A program made the position numbers and the translations under genes. From a virus (taxonomy: Duplodnaviria; Caudoviricetes): a stretch of DNA of 64,000 nt. The notes under the pieces were generated by a model that had not been told where the DNA came from, ran no database searches, and saw only the letters and a list, made by a program, of their open reading frames with translations. Shown here in pieces: positions 40,913 through 51,990 of this stretch. The stretch lies in IMG/VR virus record IMGVR_UViG_3300020388_000009; one strand, written 5' to 3'. Each line of letters starts with the position of its first letter. Within the stretch, counting starts at the first letter, position 1.

Positions 40913-41965
40913 TTAGAAAGAACCACCATCAATACTTCCGCTAGCATTACTTATGGTACCATTAACTGTTAAATTACCATCATTATCTAAATGCAATAAT
41001 TCCACTCCCGGATTAATGCCGGCAAGTCCTGTATCTTTAAATACTCTGAATGCGGAATTCTCATGAGAATTTGCGTTATCCATTAATATATCAAAACCAC
41101 CATTTGTTTTTATATAAGGAGAATTTGGTAAAGGTTGTCCATATGTTATAGGCGAGCCGCCATGTATGGATATACCCGATCCAGTTGTTGAATTTGATAC
41201 ATTTACAGCGTAAAATCCATCTACAACTCTTTGAAAGGATGAAGAACTTGGTAGATCAAATTCTAATGCATCTTTCTTATTATCAAGTAAACTTATTCGA
41301 GCAGTGGCACTACCAGTATCAGGTGTACCTTCTGATGCAAGACCCCTTAATGCTCCAGAACCACTCACACGTACACAATATGAAATTGATGAGCCAGACA
41401 TATGACTAAAATTGATATCATCAGCAATTGGTGCACCGGTAATTGAATTGATAATATGTAGATATGTATTAAATCCGGAGCCAGATGCTAAATTTTGACC
41501 TTGTCCAAATGATGTTGTAAAAAATCCTGATGCGGAAATTGATAATCGATTTGTTGTAAATGAATGTGCGCGCAATGCAGCAATGGTACGTTTAGTTATC
41601 ACAGATCCAGAAATTCCCATTGGTAATACAACTCGCACTGCAGAGCCAGAAACTGTATTATTTTTAACGTTCGGTGTATCTCGTAATCCAAAAATACTAC
41701 CGGTAGGTTCAACACTTGTACGATTTGAATTCTGATAAAACACTTTGAAAGAATGGACATCTGGAGTTCTGAAATACCAAAATGATGCTGTTGCCGCCGC
41801 GGGAGCTAACACGCTTTGAGATAACGATGCCCCAGACATGGTTACCACGTAATGTTGTGCCACAGAATTTATACTTTGTGATACACCTATCGTTGTTGAA
41901 CCAGATGGTATAAAGAATAGTTTACCATCTATAGCTTGTATTGCATCTTTTGATAATTGTCCCAT
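40913..41965 (-). CDS. Hypothetical virion/fibre protein
   Basis: 350 aa, about 13 [ST][GAS]S motifs, ends IDGGSF. Confidence 0.65.
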   Translation of the reverse strand: MGQLSKDAIQAIDGKLFFIPSGSTTIGVSQSINSVAQHYVVTMSGASLSQSVLAPAAATASFWYFRTPDVHSFKVFYQNSNRTSVEPTGSIFGLRDTPNVKNNTVSGSAVRVVLPMGISGSVITKRTIAALRAHSFTTNRLSISASGFFTTSFGQGQNLASGSGFNTYLHIINSITGAPIADDINFSHMSGSSISYCVRVSGSGALRGLASEGTPDTGSATARISLLDNKKDALEFDLPSSSSFQRVVDGFYAVNVSNSTTGSGISIHGGSPITYGQPLPNSPYIKTNGGFDILMDNANSHENSAFRVFKDTGLAGINPGVELLHLDNDGNLTVNGTISNASGSIDGGSF

Positions 41966-42322
41966 TTATAGCGCATCTCCTTTAATTGCAATTTTACCTT
42001 CAGTAGGCATTCCAGTAGATCCAAAATCAACTCCATAAAATTCTGAAAATTTTCTTGGCGAGTTTGAGGATACATCCTCATTACTAGCACCAGGCATGTC
42101 TAAAGGTAAAAAAGCTGTGAAACTATCTTCTGCTAAACCACGCGTTGTATCATATCTATCTTTAAAACTAGTTGGTGCATCTAAAGATTCTGGAAAAATG
42201 AAGCCAGAGTCAGAATATGGATTGCTGTTAGTGATTCCTGTAGGTCCGAACCATCCTGGATAATTTGAATTTACTTGTGTTAAAAATCTGTTTATTCCGT
42301 TATATGATGTACTAGACGCCAT
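41966..42322 (-). CDS. Hypothetical protein
   Basis: 118 aa. GGAGGA upstream. P.KFSEFYG motif. Confidence 0.7.
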   Translation of the reverse strand: MASSTSYNGINRFLTQVNSNYPGWFGPTGITNSNPYSDSGFIFPESLDAPTSFKDRYDTTRGLAEDSFTAFLPLDMPGASNEDVSSNSPRKFSEFYGVDFGSTGMPTEGKIAIKGDAL

Positions 42323-42822
42323 TATTTATCCTCCAATTTAAGTTTTAATTCATCTATCTGCGTTTGTTGATCCTTTACACATTCTATTAGTAATGGTATC
42401 AATTTTTCATATCGCACTGACATTACGCCATCAACTTCTCGAGTTATATCCGGTAACACAGAATTAACTTCCTGAGCAATGACTCCTACATCTGCGATGC
42501 CAACCTTTCGTTTTCCGGCAGCTGGTTTCCATGTAAATGTATTACCAGATAATTGCTGTATTTTACTTATAGGATTTGTAATAGGTGTAACATCTGTTTT
42601 AAGCTTGATGTCTGATGTGGAAAATGCTATTATATCACCAGTACATCTTATTTCGCTGTCAGAGTCTGTTCCTACATCTAAATCTCCTTTTATTATGGAA
42701 TCGGAATCTGCACTAATACCAAAAACGTGAGTCGTACCTCCTAAAAATCCAATATTTTCATTGCTATCAGTTGTAAATGTATACATACCTTTTTTAGCTA
42801 ATCTCATTGTTTTATATGACAT
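42322..42822 (-). CDS. Peptidase S74-type intramolecular chaperone domain protein
   Basis: SDIKLK.DV.PI...I.KI..L.G.TF.WK, VGVIAQEV..VLP and V.YEKLIPLLIE.VK motifs. Confidence 0.88.
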   Translation of the reverse strand: MSYKTMRLAKKGMYTFTTDSNENIGFLGGTTHVFGISADSDSIIKGDLDVGTDSDSEIRCTGDIIAFSTSDIKLKTDVTPITNPISKIQQLSGNTFTWKPAAGKRKVGIADVGVIAQEVNSVLPDITREVDGVMSVRYEKLIPLLIECVKDQQTQIDELKLKLEDK

Positions 42823-42825
42823 ATT

Positions 42826-45800
42826 TTATCCTCCTCCTGGTCCTGCTCTCAATTGAGGTGGCAGGTAGTTCATTTGCTCAGTAAATACTCTATAAATATT
42901 CCCAAATGGTGAGCCGCCAGATGCGATACCAACAGGTACATACATATCCACATCCACATCATCTCCTATTTCAATTGTAACCGGTACTTTGGCGCCGGAT
43001 GGTGTATTAGGGGACGTAATTTTTCGTATGCCTCCAAATGCATAAGTTCCATCATCAGCTGACGCGTCCATAGTATGTGTTCCATTCGGATAAACGTCAA
43101 TGATTTCAGATGGTATGTTAGAACTTATTCGTTGAAAATCAGATGATGGCACGGTTCCTTCGCCGATGACTTCTAATTGGCCGGCGGTGAAATTTGCATC
43201 ATCTGGACTTTGGGATGCAAGATCTACATTTATTATCACATGCGATGTTATTTCCCCGCCTAAAGAACCATCTAATACTATTTCAGTTGTTGTAGAAACA
43301 ACGTTGTCAACATCTTGACCGTTTAGTTCTCCATTAGAATTTTCACCCTTTATCAATTGTCGACAATATTGATGCATATTAGCCTGTGTTATTGTCACAG
43401 CTTTTTGTCGTAATGATCTGGCAATTGCAAATCCATCAAAGTCCGCGTTAGATGCGGTTAAATCGCCTTGAGTCGTTAAATGAAAATTGCTAGACGATAT
43501 TTCAATGTTTCCATTTGCTCCAGATATAAATTGATTTTCGCTTCCTAAGAAAAAGTCTCTAACATTTAATGAAACTAATGATCCGCTCACTTTTAAAGCA
43601 CCTTCAGATTCATCCCATACAAATGCTCCTCCGGTACCACCTAAAAAGAAATCACCAGATGATGACATAAATGTTTTTGGTGACGACCCTTCAAAATATC
43701 CAAAAAAGTCATGAGTTTGATTAAGACCGGTATTAGGATTATGAGTACCTAATGTAAATCCATTTCCTCCAAATGTATATTCGGCTGGATTTGTTAATGA
43801 TTGTGTCACTGCTTCAATTGCATTTGCTGTGGCCTGAGCAGCTTGTGCTGTGACATTTGCTGCATTGGCAGTATTAACTGATGCTAATGCTAGAGCATTT
43901 GCAGTATTTGCATCAGTCTGTGCTGCCGATGCTGATGTTTGTGCAATTGATGCCGATGTTAAAGCTTCGGTAGCTGTTGAATCATCTGTGAACCCAGAGG
44001 TGGAGTTATCTATCTGCGATGCATCAATATCTCCTGGATTGGTTATTGTAATTGTTCCAGCAATTGTTAAATCTGATCCATCCCATTTAAATTTTTGACC
44101 TAATGAAAATTTACCACTCGAACTAACAAAAAATTTGGTATTAGTATCATTATAACGGTTATTACCAATGGATATGGATTGAGATCCAATACTCAATGCT
44201 CCAATTGATCCATATGTGGCTACTATACCACCTTTCAAGAAAGCATTATCAGTATATAATCCAAATCCAGTAACCTCTTCTCCATTAATGGTATCTGTTA
44301 TTCCTTTTAAATCACCTAACTGTGCTTTTAAATCTAAATCATAAATACCACTTCCAGTACGTTCCACAATCTGCATATACGGTGTATATTCATCATTTGG
44401 ATTTGCATTTAATCGTATATAACCAGTACCTTGTTTACCAGTTGATACAATTACTTGAGAACCTGTATATGGTACGGCACCGCCTGGTGAGCCTCCTAAT
44501 GAACCGGAGCCGCCGGCTTGTCCTTGTCCGTATGCACGTTGAACAAATATTTTTCCGGAAAAATCTGTATCACTTGATGCGGATGCCCGTGATGCAGAAT
44601 TTACTAGTAAATATTCTGTATTAAATCCTGTTGCAGAGATTTTTTTAGCTGTGAGTATTTCTCCGACCGCGAATCCAGAAGCATTAACTACTGACATTGT
44701 TGTATCAGTAGCAGTATATGATCCGCCAGGATTTTCAGCAGATCCTGTCAATGTTGTTGAATTAGCTACATATAATTGACCACCCACAGCATTCACAGTT
44801 TCTTTTTCAAATACTGCGGTTGATAATGTACCACGTATTCTTGCATTTTCTACTTCTAAAAATCCTCCAGATGCTGCCGTTAAACGGAAACCAGAGCCAG
44901 GAACATTTGATTGAAATCCATCAGATTCAATAGTCCCATTTGATCGGATAATCATTTGATCACCGGTGATATTATCATCGTTGATAACCCAACCACCAAT
45001 TTTTGATGTACCAGCGCCATCAAATTCTACTTTATATGAACCGGCTCCGTCACCAGAAAATTTAGCAATACCACTACTATTAATAAATGCTTTATTTCCA
45101 GAACCGGCGGCGGTAGTACCTGCGGGTACAAATAATTGCTCAACTGATAAGTCTGCGTTAATAACAGTATCTCCGCCAATTATTAATCCACCATCAGGTT
45201 TTAAATGAAAATTAGATGATGAAATTTCTATTTTACCAGTACTACCACTTACAAATTGCGAAGCTTCTGAACCTATAAAGAATTTTTTAGCACGTATATC
45301 AATTCCATCTTCTGTATCAAATTTGAAAAAACTCGATGAATCTTGTACAATTTCAATTCCTACACCAGAATAGTTATCAGGGGCTCCTGGTAATACAGAT
45401 CCAGTATATAACATGAACCCACCAGGTTGATCTGTACGTGATGCTGATATAAATCCTTCATAACCAATAGATCTAATAAACCCAGAATTTACACCGGCTA
45501 ATTCAATACCAGAACCTATAGTATTACCAATATATACCGAACCGCTTAATAAATTATTATCACCGCTTATTACTAAATTATCACCGTAAAATGTAACTGG
45601 ATATACAGTTGTTTCAGCTTGTGCTTTATTATTATTTATATCATAATAAAGAAATTTAAATGTTAATGGTGTTTCTAAAAATTCAGATGGTATACGTGTA
45701 TTTATTCGTGTAAAGTTTGGAGAAAATCCAGTTTGTTTATTTGATTTCAGACTTAAATTTGATATAGCCCATTTACCACGACGAACCACAAAATATACGT

Positions 45801-47814
45801 CAATATTTTCTTCTCTTAAAGTTTTAAAATAAGTAAATATTGGAATATCATTATACGTAATTCCTGGTTTTATTTCAATTGTGGATACACGAGTACCTAA
45901 TTTTCCGTTATTAATTAAATCGCCAGATAAATTATTATCAACATCTAAATTTGATATCAAATATTGATTAATGTATTCGGAATCAGTTTCTATAGATGAA
46001 TTACTTCCGGAAATATAAACATCTAAACGAGAATATTTAATATCCGGATCTGAAGATGTATGTGTAGTATCGTCAGCCACGGCATTAAATGATAATACAT
46101 ATCTTGTATCTTCAAATACTTTTACATGATATTCTGATTTTAAATGAATATATCCAAAACGATTTGAAGTATTATCAAATGTAGAATCTGGAGTAAATTC
46201 TATTCCATCTAATAAAACATCAGAATCATATGATGGTGTTAATGTAACATCTGGAGTAATAGATCCATTTGTTGTTTCCCAGTATTTATTAAAATCACCT
46301 AAATCAGTAAAAAATCCAATACGGTTATATACTACACCTAATCCTGGTATTGACTCAAATGACGTTACGTCTTCAAAAATTTCAACTTCTTCAACTTCCA
46401 CATATCCTGCATCTATAAAATCGCCAAACTGACCTGATGGTTTATATAATGTTTGAATTTTATGTACATCCCCAGTTGCAGGTTCAATATTTGATAATAC
46501 AATTTCGGCAAATGATTGTGATTGCTGCGTCTCTGATAATATGAATGGTTCTACATAACTACATGTGAAATTTGATGTCGCATTTATATCTTTTATTTCA
46601 TATTGAGATTGTGCACCAATGGTTATAAAAGAAAATGCTCCATAGGTATTTTCTTCTTCATTTTTAAATCCATTAGTTAAAAATACATTTGCCTTTGTAC
46701 TTGATAATATTTTATCGATGACAAATGTATAACTTCCGGAAAGTTGTATTGATGGGTCACCTAGTTCATAACTAGTAACGCCTGCCCAATCTGTTGGTTG
46801 TGATACCGGTATCAGACGTCCATCAGTATCAATAAAACTATTACCTTGAAGCATATTAACGTTTGGATTCACAATTGTTATTGTACCTCCTTCCATGGAA
46901 GATGATAATACAAATCCAGAAGTTTCTAATCTACTAAACGTTGATATTGTAACAATTTGAGCACTTTCTACTTCAACCGGCTGGCCTTTTTTATTAGCCG
47001 CTTCATCAGCCGGTGTTGTATTAAATTTTTTAACTTTAGGTACTACTACTACTTGTTTTCCAACTGATTTCATTGGAGTTTTTGCAGAAGCAGCTCCTTC
47101 AAAATTTGTTTGTTTTTTAACTCCAGAAGAGCCTTTAGAAGCTGCCGCATATGGTGATTTTATTGAAACTGGAGGTTGAGTTGTACTTGGTATAGCTGAA
47201 ATTGTAACTGTACCAGAACCAGGTTTATCTACGGCAACATCAGTTAAATTAATCGGAGTAAAAAATCTATTTACACGTTCACGTACAGTTGCTTTTGGAT
47301 ACGGACGTGTAAAAATTATCTCTGTTTTATTTTTTGAATTTTCTGGTGCAATTGAAATATTTCTTGACCAAATAATATTTGGATTATTATAATAATTTAT
47401 ATCTTTCCAATTTCTACTAAATGGTACAGATTCACCTGTATCTAATGTTTCTTTAATACGTCCAGCTAAATAAATAGTACCTATACCAGGAGCTGTTTTA
47501 TCAGGATATACATGTATGGCAATTACTCGAGTACCATCATGTTCAAGATAATTAAGTGGCTCATAATACATTGGATCACCATTAGAATCTAATACTTCAA
47601 TATGAATTGTAGAATTTTTAACTAATGTCTTAGCAGAAGCACGAATTTTTATTAAATTTTTTCCAGCTGTAAACCGATTTGGAAATTCTACAACATTAAA
47701 TACTTGTTCTGATGTTAATGATGCGTCTTCAAATTGTATCGTTGGATATTCATTTAATTTAATTTTTTCAACACGTTTTTCAAGTCGACCTTGATTCCAT
47801 GTACCTGCAGCCAT
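42826..47814 (-). CDS. Large tail/baseplate-associated virion protein
   Basis: 1662 aa. LEVENARIRG.L...VFEKE.V.A.GG.L.V segment of tail-tip-type proteins, duplicated FIS/FVSG..G.IEISSSNFHL, and an Ala-rich coil. Confidence 0.6.
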   Translation of the reverse strand: MAAGTWNQGRLEKRVEKIKLNEYPTIQFEDASLTSEQVFNVVEFPNRFTAGKNLIKIRASAKTLVKNSTIHIEVLDSNGDPMYYEPLNYLEHDGTRVIAIHVYPDKTAPGIGTIYLAGRIKETLDTGESVPFSRNWKDINYYNNPNIIWSRNISIAPENSKNKTEIIFTRPYPKATVRERVNRFFTPINLTDVAVDKPGSGTVTISAIPSTTQPPVSIKSPYAAASKGSSGVKKQTNFEGAASAKTPMKSVGKQVVVVPKVKKFNTTPADEAANKKGQPVEVESAQIVTISTFSRLETSGFVLSSSMEGGTITIVNPNVNMLQGNSFIDTDGRLIPVSQPTDWAGVTSYELGDPSIQLSGSYTFVIDKILSSTKANVFLTNGFKNEEENTYGAFSFITIGAQSQYEIKDINATSNFTCSYVEPFILSETQQSQSFAEIVLSNIEPATGDVHKIQTLYKPSGQFGDFIDAGYVEVEEVEIFEDVTSFESIPGLGVVYNRIGFFTDLGDFNKYWETTNGSITPDVTLTPSYDSDVLLDGIEFTPDSTFDNTSNRFGYIHLKSEYHVKVFEDTRYVLSFNAVADDTTHTSSDPDIKYSRLDVYISGSNSSIETDSEYINQYLISNLDVDNNLSGDLINNGKLGTRVSTIEIKPGITYNDIPIFTYFKTLREENIDVYFVVRRGKWAISNLSLKSNKQTGFSPNFTRINTRIPSEFLETPLTFKFLYYDINNNKAQAETTVYPVTFYGDNLVISGDNNLLSGSVYIGNTIGSGIELAGVNSGFIRSIGYEGFISASRTDQPGGFMLYTGSVLPGAPDNYSGVGIEIVQDSSSFFKFDTEDGIDIRAKKFFIGSEASQFVSGSTGKIEISSSNFHLKPDGGLIIGGDTVINADLSVEQLFVPAGTTAAGSGNKAFINSSGIAKFSGDGAGSYKVEFDGAGTSKIGGWVINDDNITGDQMIIRSNGTIESDGFQSNVPGSGFRLTAASGGFLEVENARIRGTLSTAVFEKETVNAVGGQLYVANSTTLTGSAENPGGSYTATDTTMSVVNASGFAVGEILTAKKISATGFNTEYLLVNSASRASASSDTDFSGKIFVQRAYGQGQAGGSGSLGGSPGGAVPYTGSQVIVSTGKQGTGYIRLNANPNDEYTPYMQIVERTGSGIYDLDLKAQLGDLKGITDTINGEEVTGFGLYTDNAFLKGGIVATYGSIGALSIGSQSISIGNNRYNDTNTKFFVSSSGKFSLGQKFKWDGSDLTIAGTITITNPGDIDASQIDNSTSGFTDDSTATEALTSASIAQTSASAAQTDANTANALALASVNTANAANVTAQAAQATANAIEAVTQSLTNPAEYTFGGNGFTLGTHNPNTGLNQTHDFFGYFEGSSPKTFMSSSGDFFLGGTGGAFVWDESEGALKVSGSLVSLNVRDFFLGSENQFISGANGNIEISSSNFHLTTQGDLTASNADFDGFAIARSLRQKAVTITQANMHQYCRQLIKGENSNGELNGQDVDNVVSTTTEIVLDGSLGGEITSHVIINVDLASQSPDDANFTAGQLEVIGEGTVPSSDFQRISSNIPSEIIDVYPNGTHTMDASADDGTYAFGGIRKITSPNTPSGAKVPVTIEIGDDVDVDMYVPVGIASGGSPFGNIYRVFTEQMNYLPPQLRAGPGGG

Positions 47815-47839
47815 ACGTTACCTTTATTTCATATAAATA

Positions 47840-50800
47840 TTAGTCATATGCAATTTCAGAATATCCGTTAACTTTTTTGATTTCTATTAATTTATCTACG
47901 ATATCACGCATTGCATCAATGTGAGATATACACATTATAAATCCAAATTGTGATTTCAAATAATCAAACAACATATACATGCTATTTAAATTATCAGAAT
48001 CTAGAACTCCAAAACCTTCATCAATTGCTAAGAAATTTGGCCTAGGTAAATTTGACACATTAATTAATGAAGTGCGTATTGCTAAAGATGAAATAAATTT
48101 TTCCATTCCGGAAGTCAATTCTAATGGCCAATAATTATCATCATCATAAACAATATAAGCATTTATATTCTTACCATCGGTATCCATTACCATAGTAAAA
48201 TCAACTATCTGATTAAGTATATTGTTTATTTCGGATTCTATTTGTGGTAATGCTTTAGATATTAAATGGTACGGTACGCCGTCACGATTAACTGCTTTTT
48301 GATAATATTCATAAGCTTGATATTGTTGTTCTAATGTTTTTAATCTGTTAATACCTGATTCAGCATCTTCACGACTTTTTTCAGCCATTTTTAATTTACC
48401 AGATAAATTTAATAATTTAGAATCTAAACCACTTAATTCAGTATTTACGGTTGTTATTTCATCACGTATTTCTTGAATTTCAGAATTTTTCTTTTTATTA
48501 AATTCAATATTATCTTTTTGTCGCTTAGACTTTGTTAATTGTTTTTTATAATCAGAAATTTTAACAAACAATGTTTCAATATCCCATTCACATTTACTAT
48601 GTTCATGTTCCATTGTAGCTAATAATTGATTCCATTTATTGACATCAGATTTAAATGCATTTAACATATCTATCTTTTCACGTGGTTGTTCTTTTCGTAA
48701 TTCATCTATTTTATTTCCAAGATCATCTATATCAAATAATATTTGTTGTTCTTCGTCAATTAATTTTGGTAATAAATCTGCAACTTGTTTAGTTTCATGA
48801 AGCCATGGATTAGCCATGCAAAATTTACATTCTGGATCCCATTCATGTTTATCTAATTTGGAAACCATTTTTTGAGCATGCTGAATTTTAAGTTGTTTTA
48901 ATTTTAAATCATTCTTTAATTTTTCAACATCAGATATATATGTTTTTAATATATCAATGTCAGAATATAATTTATCTTCATCAACTGAATCTATTTTAGA
49001 TTGTGTATTATTTATCAAATCTTTTTTAGATACGATCATGCCAGCTTTTTGATCTCTATCTTGTATATACTCTTGTAACTGTATTTTAGCTTGTTCAATT
49101 TTATTCGAGATGATATCCGGATCTAATGTTTCATCAACTTTTTTTAATTCTTTTGTCATGACAAAAATGATATCATTTAAATTTGATTTCATTTCTTCAT
49201 GTTCAGTTTTATCTAATTTCATTTGTTCATATGAACCGGTAAATTGAGATATAATATCTTTTGCTGCAGATAGATCTGTTGAAAAATCTTTTCTTTTATA
49301 TTCACGAATTAAAGCCGCAGTTTCTCTAATATCTTCATGTCCAATTAAATATTGTTTTTCAAAAATATCTAAATCTAAAAATTGAGATAAAAGATCTTTA
49401 CGTTCTCTTTGTGTTTTATCAATAAACCCAGTATTATTATTTTGTAATGATAAAGCAGTTAAAACAAAATCTTCGTATGAACCTAAATATTGTCTTATAC
49501 TTTTATTTGTAGAATCTCGTTGTTCGCCATTTAAACTTTCATGATTACCAGATTCATCAATACGCCAAAAATCTACATTTAATTTAACATGGCCATTACT
49601 TTGTTTCTTTGCTTTACGTTCAATAAAATATGTATATTTTCCTAAATCAAATTCAAATTTACATTGAAAATTAGATTTTTTATTATTTAATACATGGGCT
49701 GCTTTTTTTGTTCGCGAACATCGGTCAAAACAACAGAATGCTAATGCATCTAATAATGTTGACTTACCAGAAGCATTTGGAGCAAATAATCCATATGTTC
49801 CATTCATGTTTGAAAAATCTATGGAATTATTTGTACCATAACTAAACATATTTGAAAACTCAAAACGTTTTGGCGTCCATGTTATATTTCTAGTCAATGT
49901 ACTTGTTGGTAATTTACTATGCACTTGTCGATTAATATATCTAACAGTATCTAATAATTCATCATCTAAAGCATATTCATCTGTTAAATAATCTGTAATT
50001 ACTTTATTTTGCCATTCAACATCACGTATATTACCAAAATTAATTTTATTTTTTGAATCAGTTGTATTCAATGCATTGACTTTTTGTAACGCAATATCCT
50101 GTACTTTGTATTGAGATTTAACATCTGCGATTATTCGTTTCAACGTTGCAGAATCGGTATCTTTCACTTTAAATCGCAATCTAGGACGTAAAGGTATTTT
50201 ATCGCTAGGATTTGTTATTTTACCAGCATCTACATGAAATGTATAATATCCATAATCATTTTCAATATCAATAAATTCACATTGTTTAGATTTTAAATCC
50301 CATACCATTATTCCATGGTCTAATGCTTCTCCATGATTTTGTTGTATTAATGAGCCGGCATATGCTATAGTTTTATCATCATCTAAAAATTGTGGTTTAT
50401 GAATATCACCTAATAATACTAAATCATGTCCTTTAAATATTTCAGTTGTAACATGAGTATTACTTAATACAAATCCGGCATCTGTTGATGCATTATGTAC
50501 TGAACCGTGATGTAATGCAATTTTATAATCTCCTTCAAAACTATCAGCTTTTATATAATCTGACGGCTTATCAAACACCGACATTACGTTAAAGTGTACT
50601 CCGGCCATACTATATACACCGTTGTCTTTAAGATAGTGTAAGTTTTGATGATTTAAGGCTTTAACAATAGGAGATAATGCATCTAAGCGATAGTTATTAT
50701 TTAGGTTACAATCATGGTTACCAGTAATTACTATAGTAGGTGCTAAATCTGCTAATTGTTTAAAGAAATCTGAAACTACAGATACAAGTTCAGGTGACAT

Positions 50801-50992
50801 ATCTGTTTTTGCATGTACAATATCACCGGCCACATATATTAATGAATCAAGCGTTTTTGTTTTTTTAATATACGAATACAAACGTTTAAATACTAATCTA
50901 TATTCTTTATGACGTTTAACATTTCTAACATGTACATCTGCAATGTGATAAATTTTATCAATCTTTTCAATTCCAATATCTATATTGTGCAT
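47840..50992 (-). CDS. Fused Mre11/SbcD nuclease-Rad50/SbcC ATPase (gp47+gp46 equivalent)
   Basis: HIADVH, VAGDIVH, GNHD, LGDIH and YAGSLIQQ motifs, then NASGKST, zinc hook CKFC, signature TSGME, AIDEGFGVLD and ISH. Confidence 0.92.
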   Translation of the reverse strand: MHNIDIGIEKIDKIYHIADVHVRNVKRHKEYRLVFKRLYSYIKKTKTLDSLIYVAGDIVHAKTDMSPELVSVVSDFFKQLADLAPTIVITGNHDCNLNNNYRLDALSPIVKALNHQNLHYLKDNGVYSMAGVHFNVMSVFDKPSDYIKADSFEGDYKIALHHGSVHNASTDAGFVLSNTHVTTEIFKGHDLVLLGDIHKPQFLDDDKTIAYAGSLIQQNHGEALDHGIMVWDLKSKQCEFIDIENDYGYYTFHVDAGKITNPSDKIPLRPRLRFKVKDTDSATLKRIIADVKSQYKVQDIALQKVNALNTTDSKNKINFGNIRDVEWQNKVITDYLTDEYALDDELLDTVRYINRQVHSKLPTSTLTRNITWTPKRFEFSNMFSYGTNNSIDFSNMNGTYGLFAPNASGKSTLLDALAFCCFDRCSRTKKAAHVLNNKKSNFQCKFEFDLGKYTYFIERKAKKQSNGHVKLNVDFWRIDESGNHESLNGEQRDSTNKSIRQYLGSYEDFVLTALSLQNNNTGFIDKTQRERKDLLSQFLDLDIFEKQYLIGHEDIRETAALIREYKRKDFSTDLSAAKDIISQFTGSYEQMKLDKTEHEEMKSNLNDIIFVMTKELKKVDETLDPDIISNKIEQAKIQLQEYIQDRDQKAGMIVSKKDLINNTQSKIDSVDEDKLYSDIDILKTYISDVEKLKNDLKLKQLKIQHAQKMVSKLDKHEWDPECKFCMANPWLHETKQVADLLPKLIDEEQQILFDIDDLGNKIDELRKEQPREKIDMLNAFKSDVNKWNQLLATMEHEHSKCEWDIETLFVKISDYKKQLTKSKRQKDNIEFNKKKNSEIQEIRDEITTVNTELSGLDSKLLNLSGKLKMAEKSREDAESGINRLKTLEQQYQAYEYYQKAVNRDGVPYHLISKALPQIESEINNILNQIVDFTMVMDTDGKNINAYIVYDDDNYWPLELTSGMEKFISSLAIRTSLINVSNLPRPNFLAIDEGFGVLDSDNLNSMYMLFDYLKSQFGFIMCISHIDAMRDIVDKLIEIKKVNGYSEIAYD

Positions 50993-51903
50993 AATATCTT
51001 TTGTTCCATTAATTTTTCTTGAGTTAACATTACAGTATGTTCAATTTCATATTTTATTCGGTTAAATCCTAATTCGCTAGGATCTGAATCAGGTAGGTCT
51101 ACAAAATATACTTCTAATCCATTTGACATGAAATAATCCGCGGCTTCTAATGCTTGTTTACGTGCATCCATATCTAAACAAATATATATTTCTTTAACAC
51201 CTTTTTCGACAATACGTTTTTTAAGAGTATTTGATATTGTTTTACCAAACAATGGAATTGCATTACGTTTAATTGCAATTGCATCAAATGCACCTTCTAC
51301 TAATATAATTGGCATATTCCAATTAATATGTAATTCAAATCCTACAATATCTTTTGATGCATTTGGATTCTTATGTTTATAATCAGTATCATAATATGCA
51401 CGTCCTACAAAATAGTTTAAACTACCATTTGCATCATAACTTGGAATAATTATTTTACCATTATATAATCCATTGGTACAATATCCTATTCTATATTTAA
51501 GTATATCATATATAGTAATACCTCTATTCTTTAAATAATATATAGCATTACGATACTCCGGAGATTTTGTATCAATTTTCCATAATGGTTTATATTCTTC
51601 GGGTAATTGTATAACAGGTGTATCTGTTGTTGTTTTTGTAGGACGGTATTCAACGTCATCGAGTAATTGAATTAACCGCGATATTTTTTCTCGTTGGACA
51701 TTTAACTTACGAAATAATACAGTTAATTTTCTTCCAGCGGCATTACATACCCAACAATGCCAATGTTGAGAAACAACATTAACTTCCATTTTCTTTTTAG
51801 TAGTAGGACAGAAAGGACAATGAAATGCAATATTATCATTAGAGTTTATTTTACCTTTACCTAATACGGATTCTAAAAGTGTAATTACAGAGAATTTGCT
51901 CAT
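50980..51903 (-). CDS. DNA primase (Zn finger + TOPRIM)
   Basis: CPFC...HCWVC, YL..RGI, IIIP, FVGR, LVEGAFDA and CLDMDA..DP motifs. Confidence 0.9.
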   Translation of the reverse strand: MSKFSVITLLESVLGKGKINSNDNIAFHCPFCPTTKKKMEVNVVSQHWHCWVCNAAGRKLTVLFRKLNVQREKISRLIQLLDDVEYRPTKTTTDTPVIQLPEEYKPLWKIDTKSPEYRNAIYYLKNRGITIYDILKYRIGYCTNGLYNGKIIIPSYDANGSLNYFVGRAYYDTDYKHKNPNASKDIVGFELHINWNMPIILVEGAFDAIAIKRNAIPLFGKTISNTLKKRIVEKGVKEIYICLDMDARKQALEAADYFMSNGLEVYFVDLPDSDPSELGFNRIKYEIEHTVMLTQEKLMEQKILCTI

Positions 51904-51990
51904 TAATATTATATTAATATATTAGCATTGTCATATACTATAACAATGTTTCATTTCAAGATTAACTTTCATGAAAATTTAATTATACAT

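Noticed and set aside
42823-42828. In-frame TAA-AAT-ATG junction suggesting readthrough of the 1662-aa protein into the S74 domain
   Set aside because: TAA is a poor readthrough codon, the downstream gene has its own strong SD, and in-frame spacing occurs one time in three by chance.
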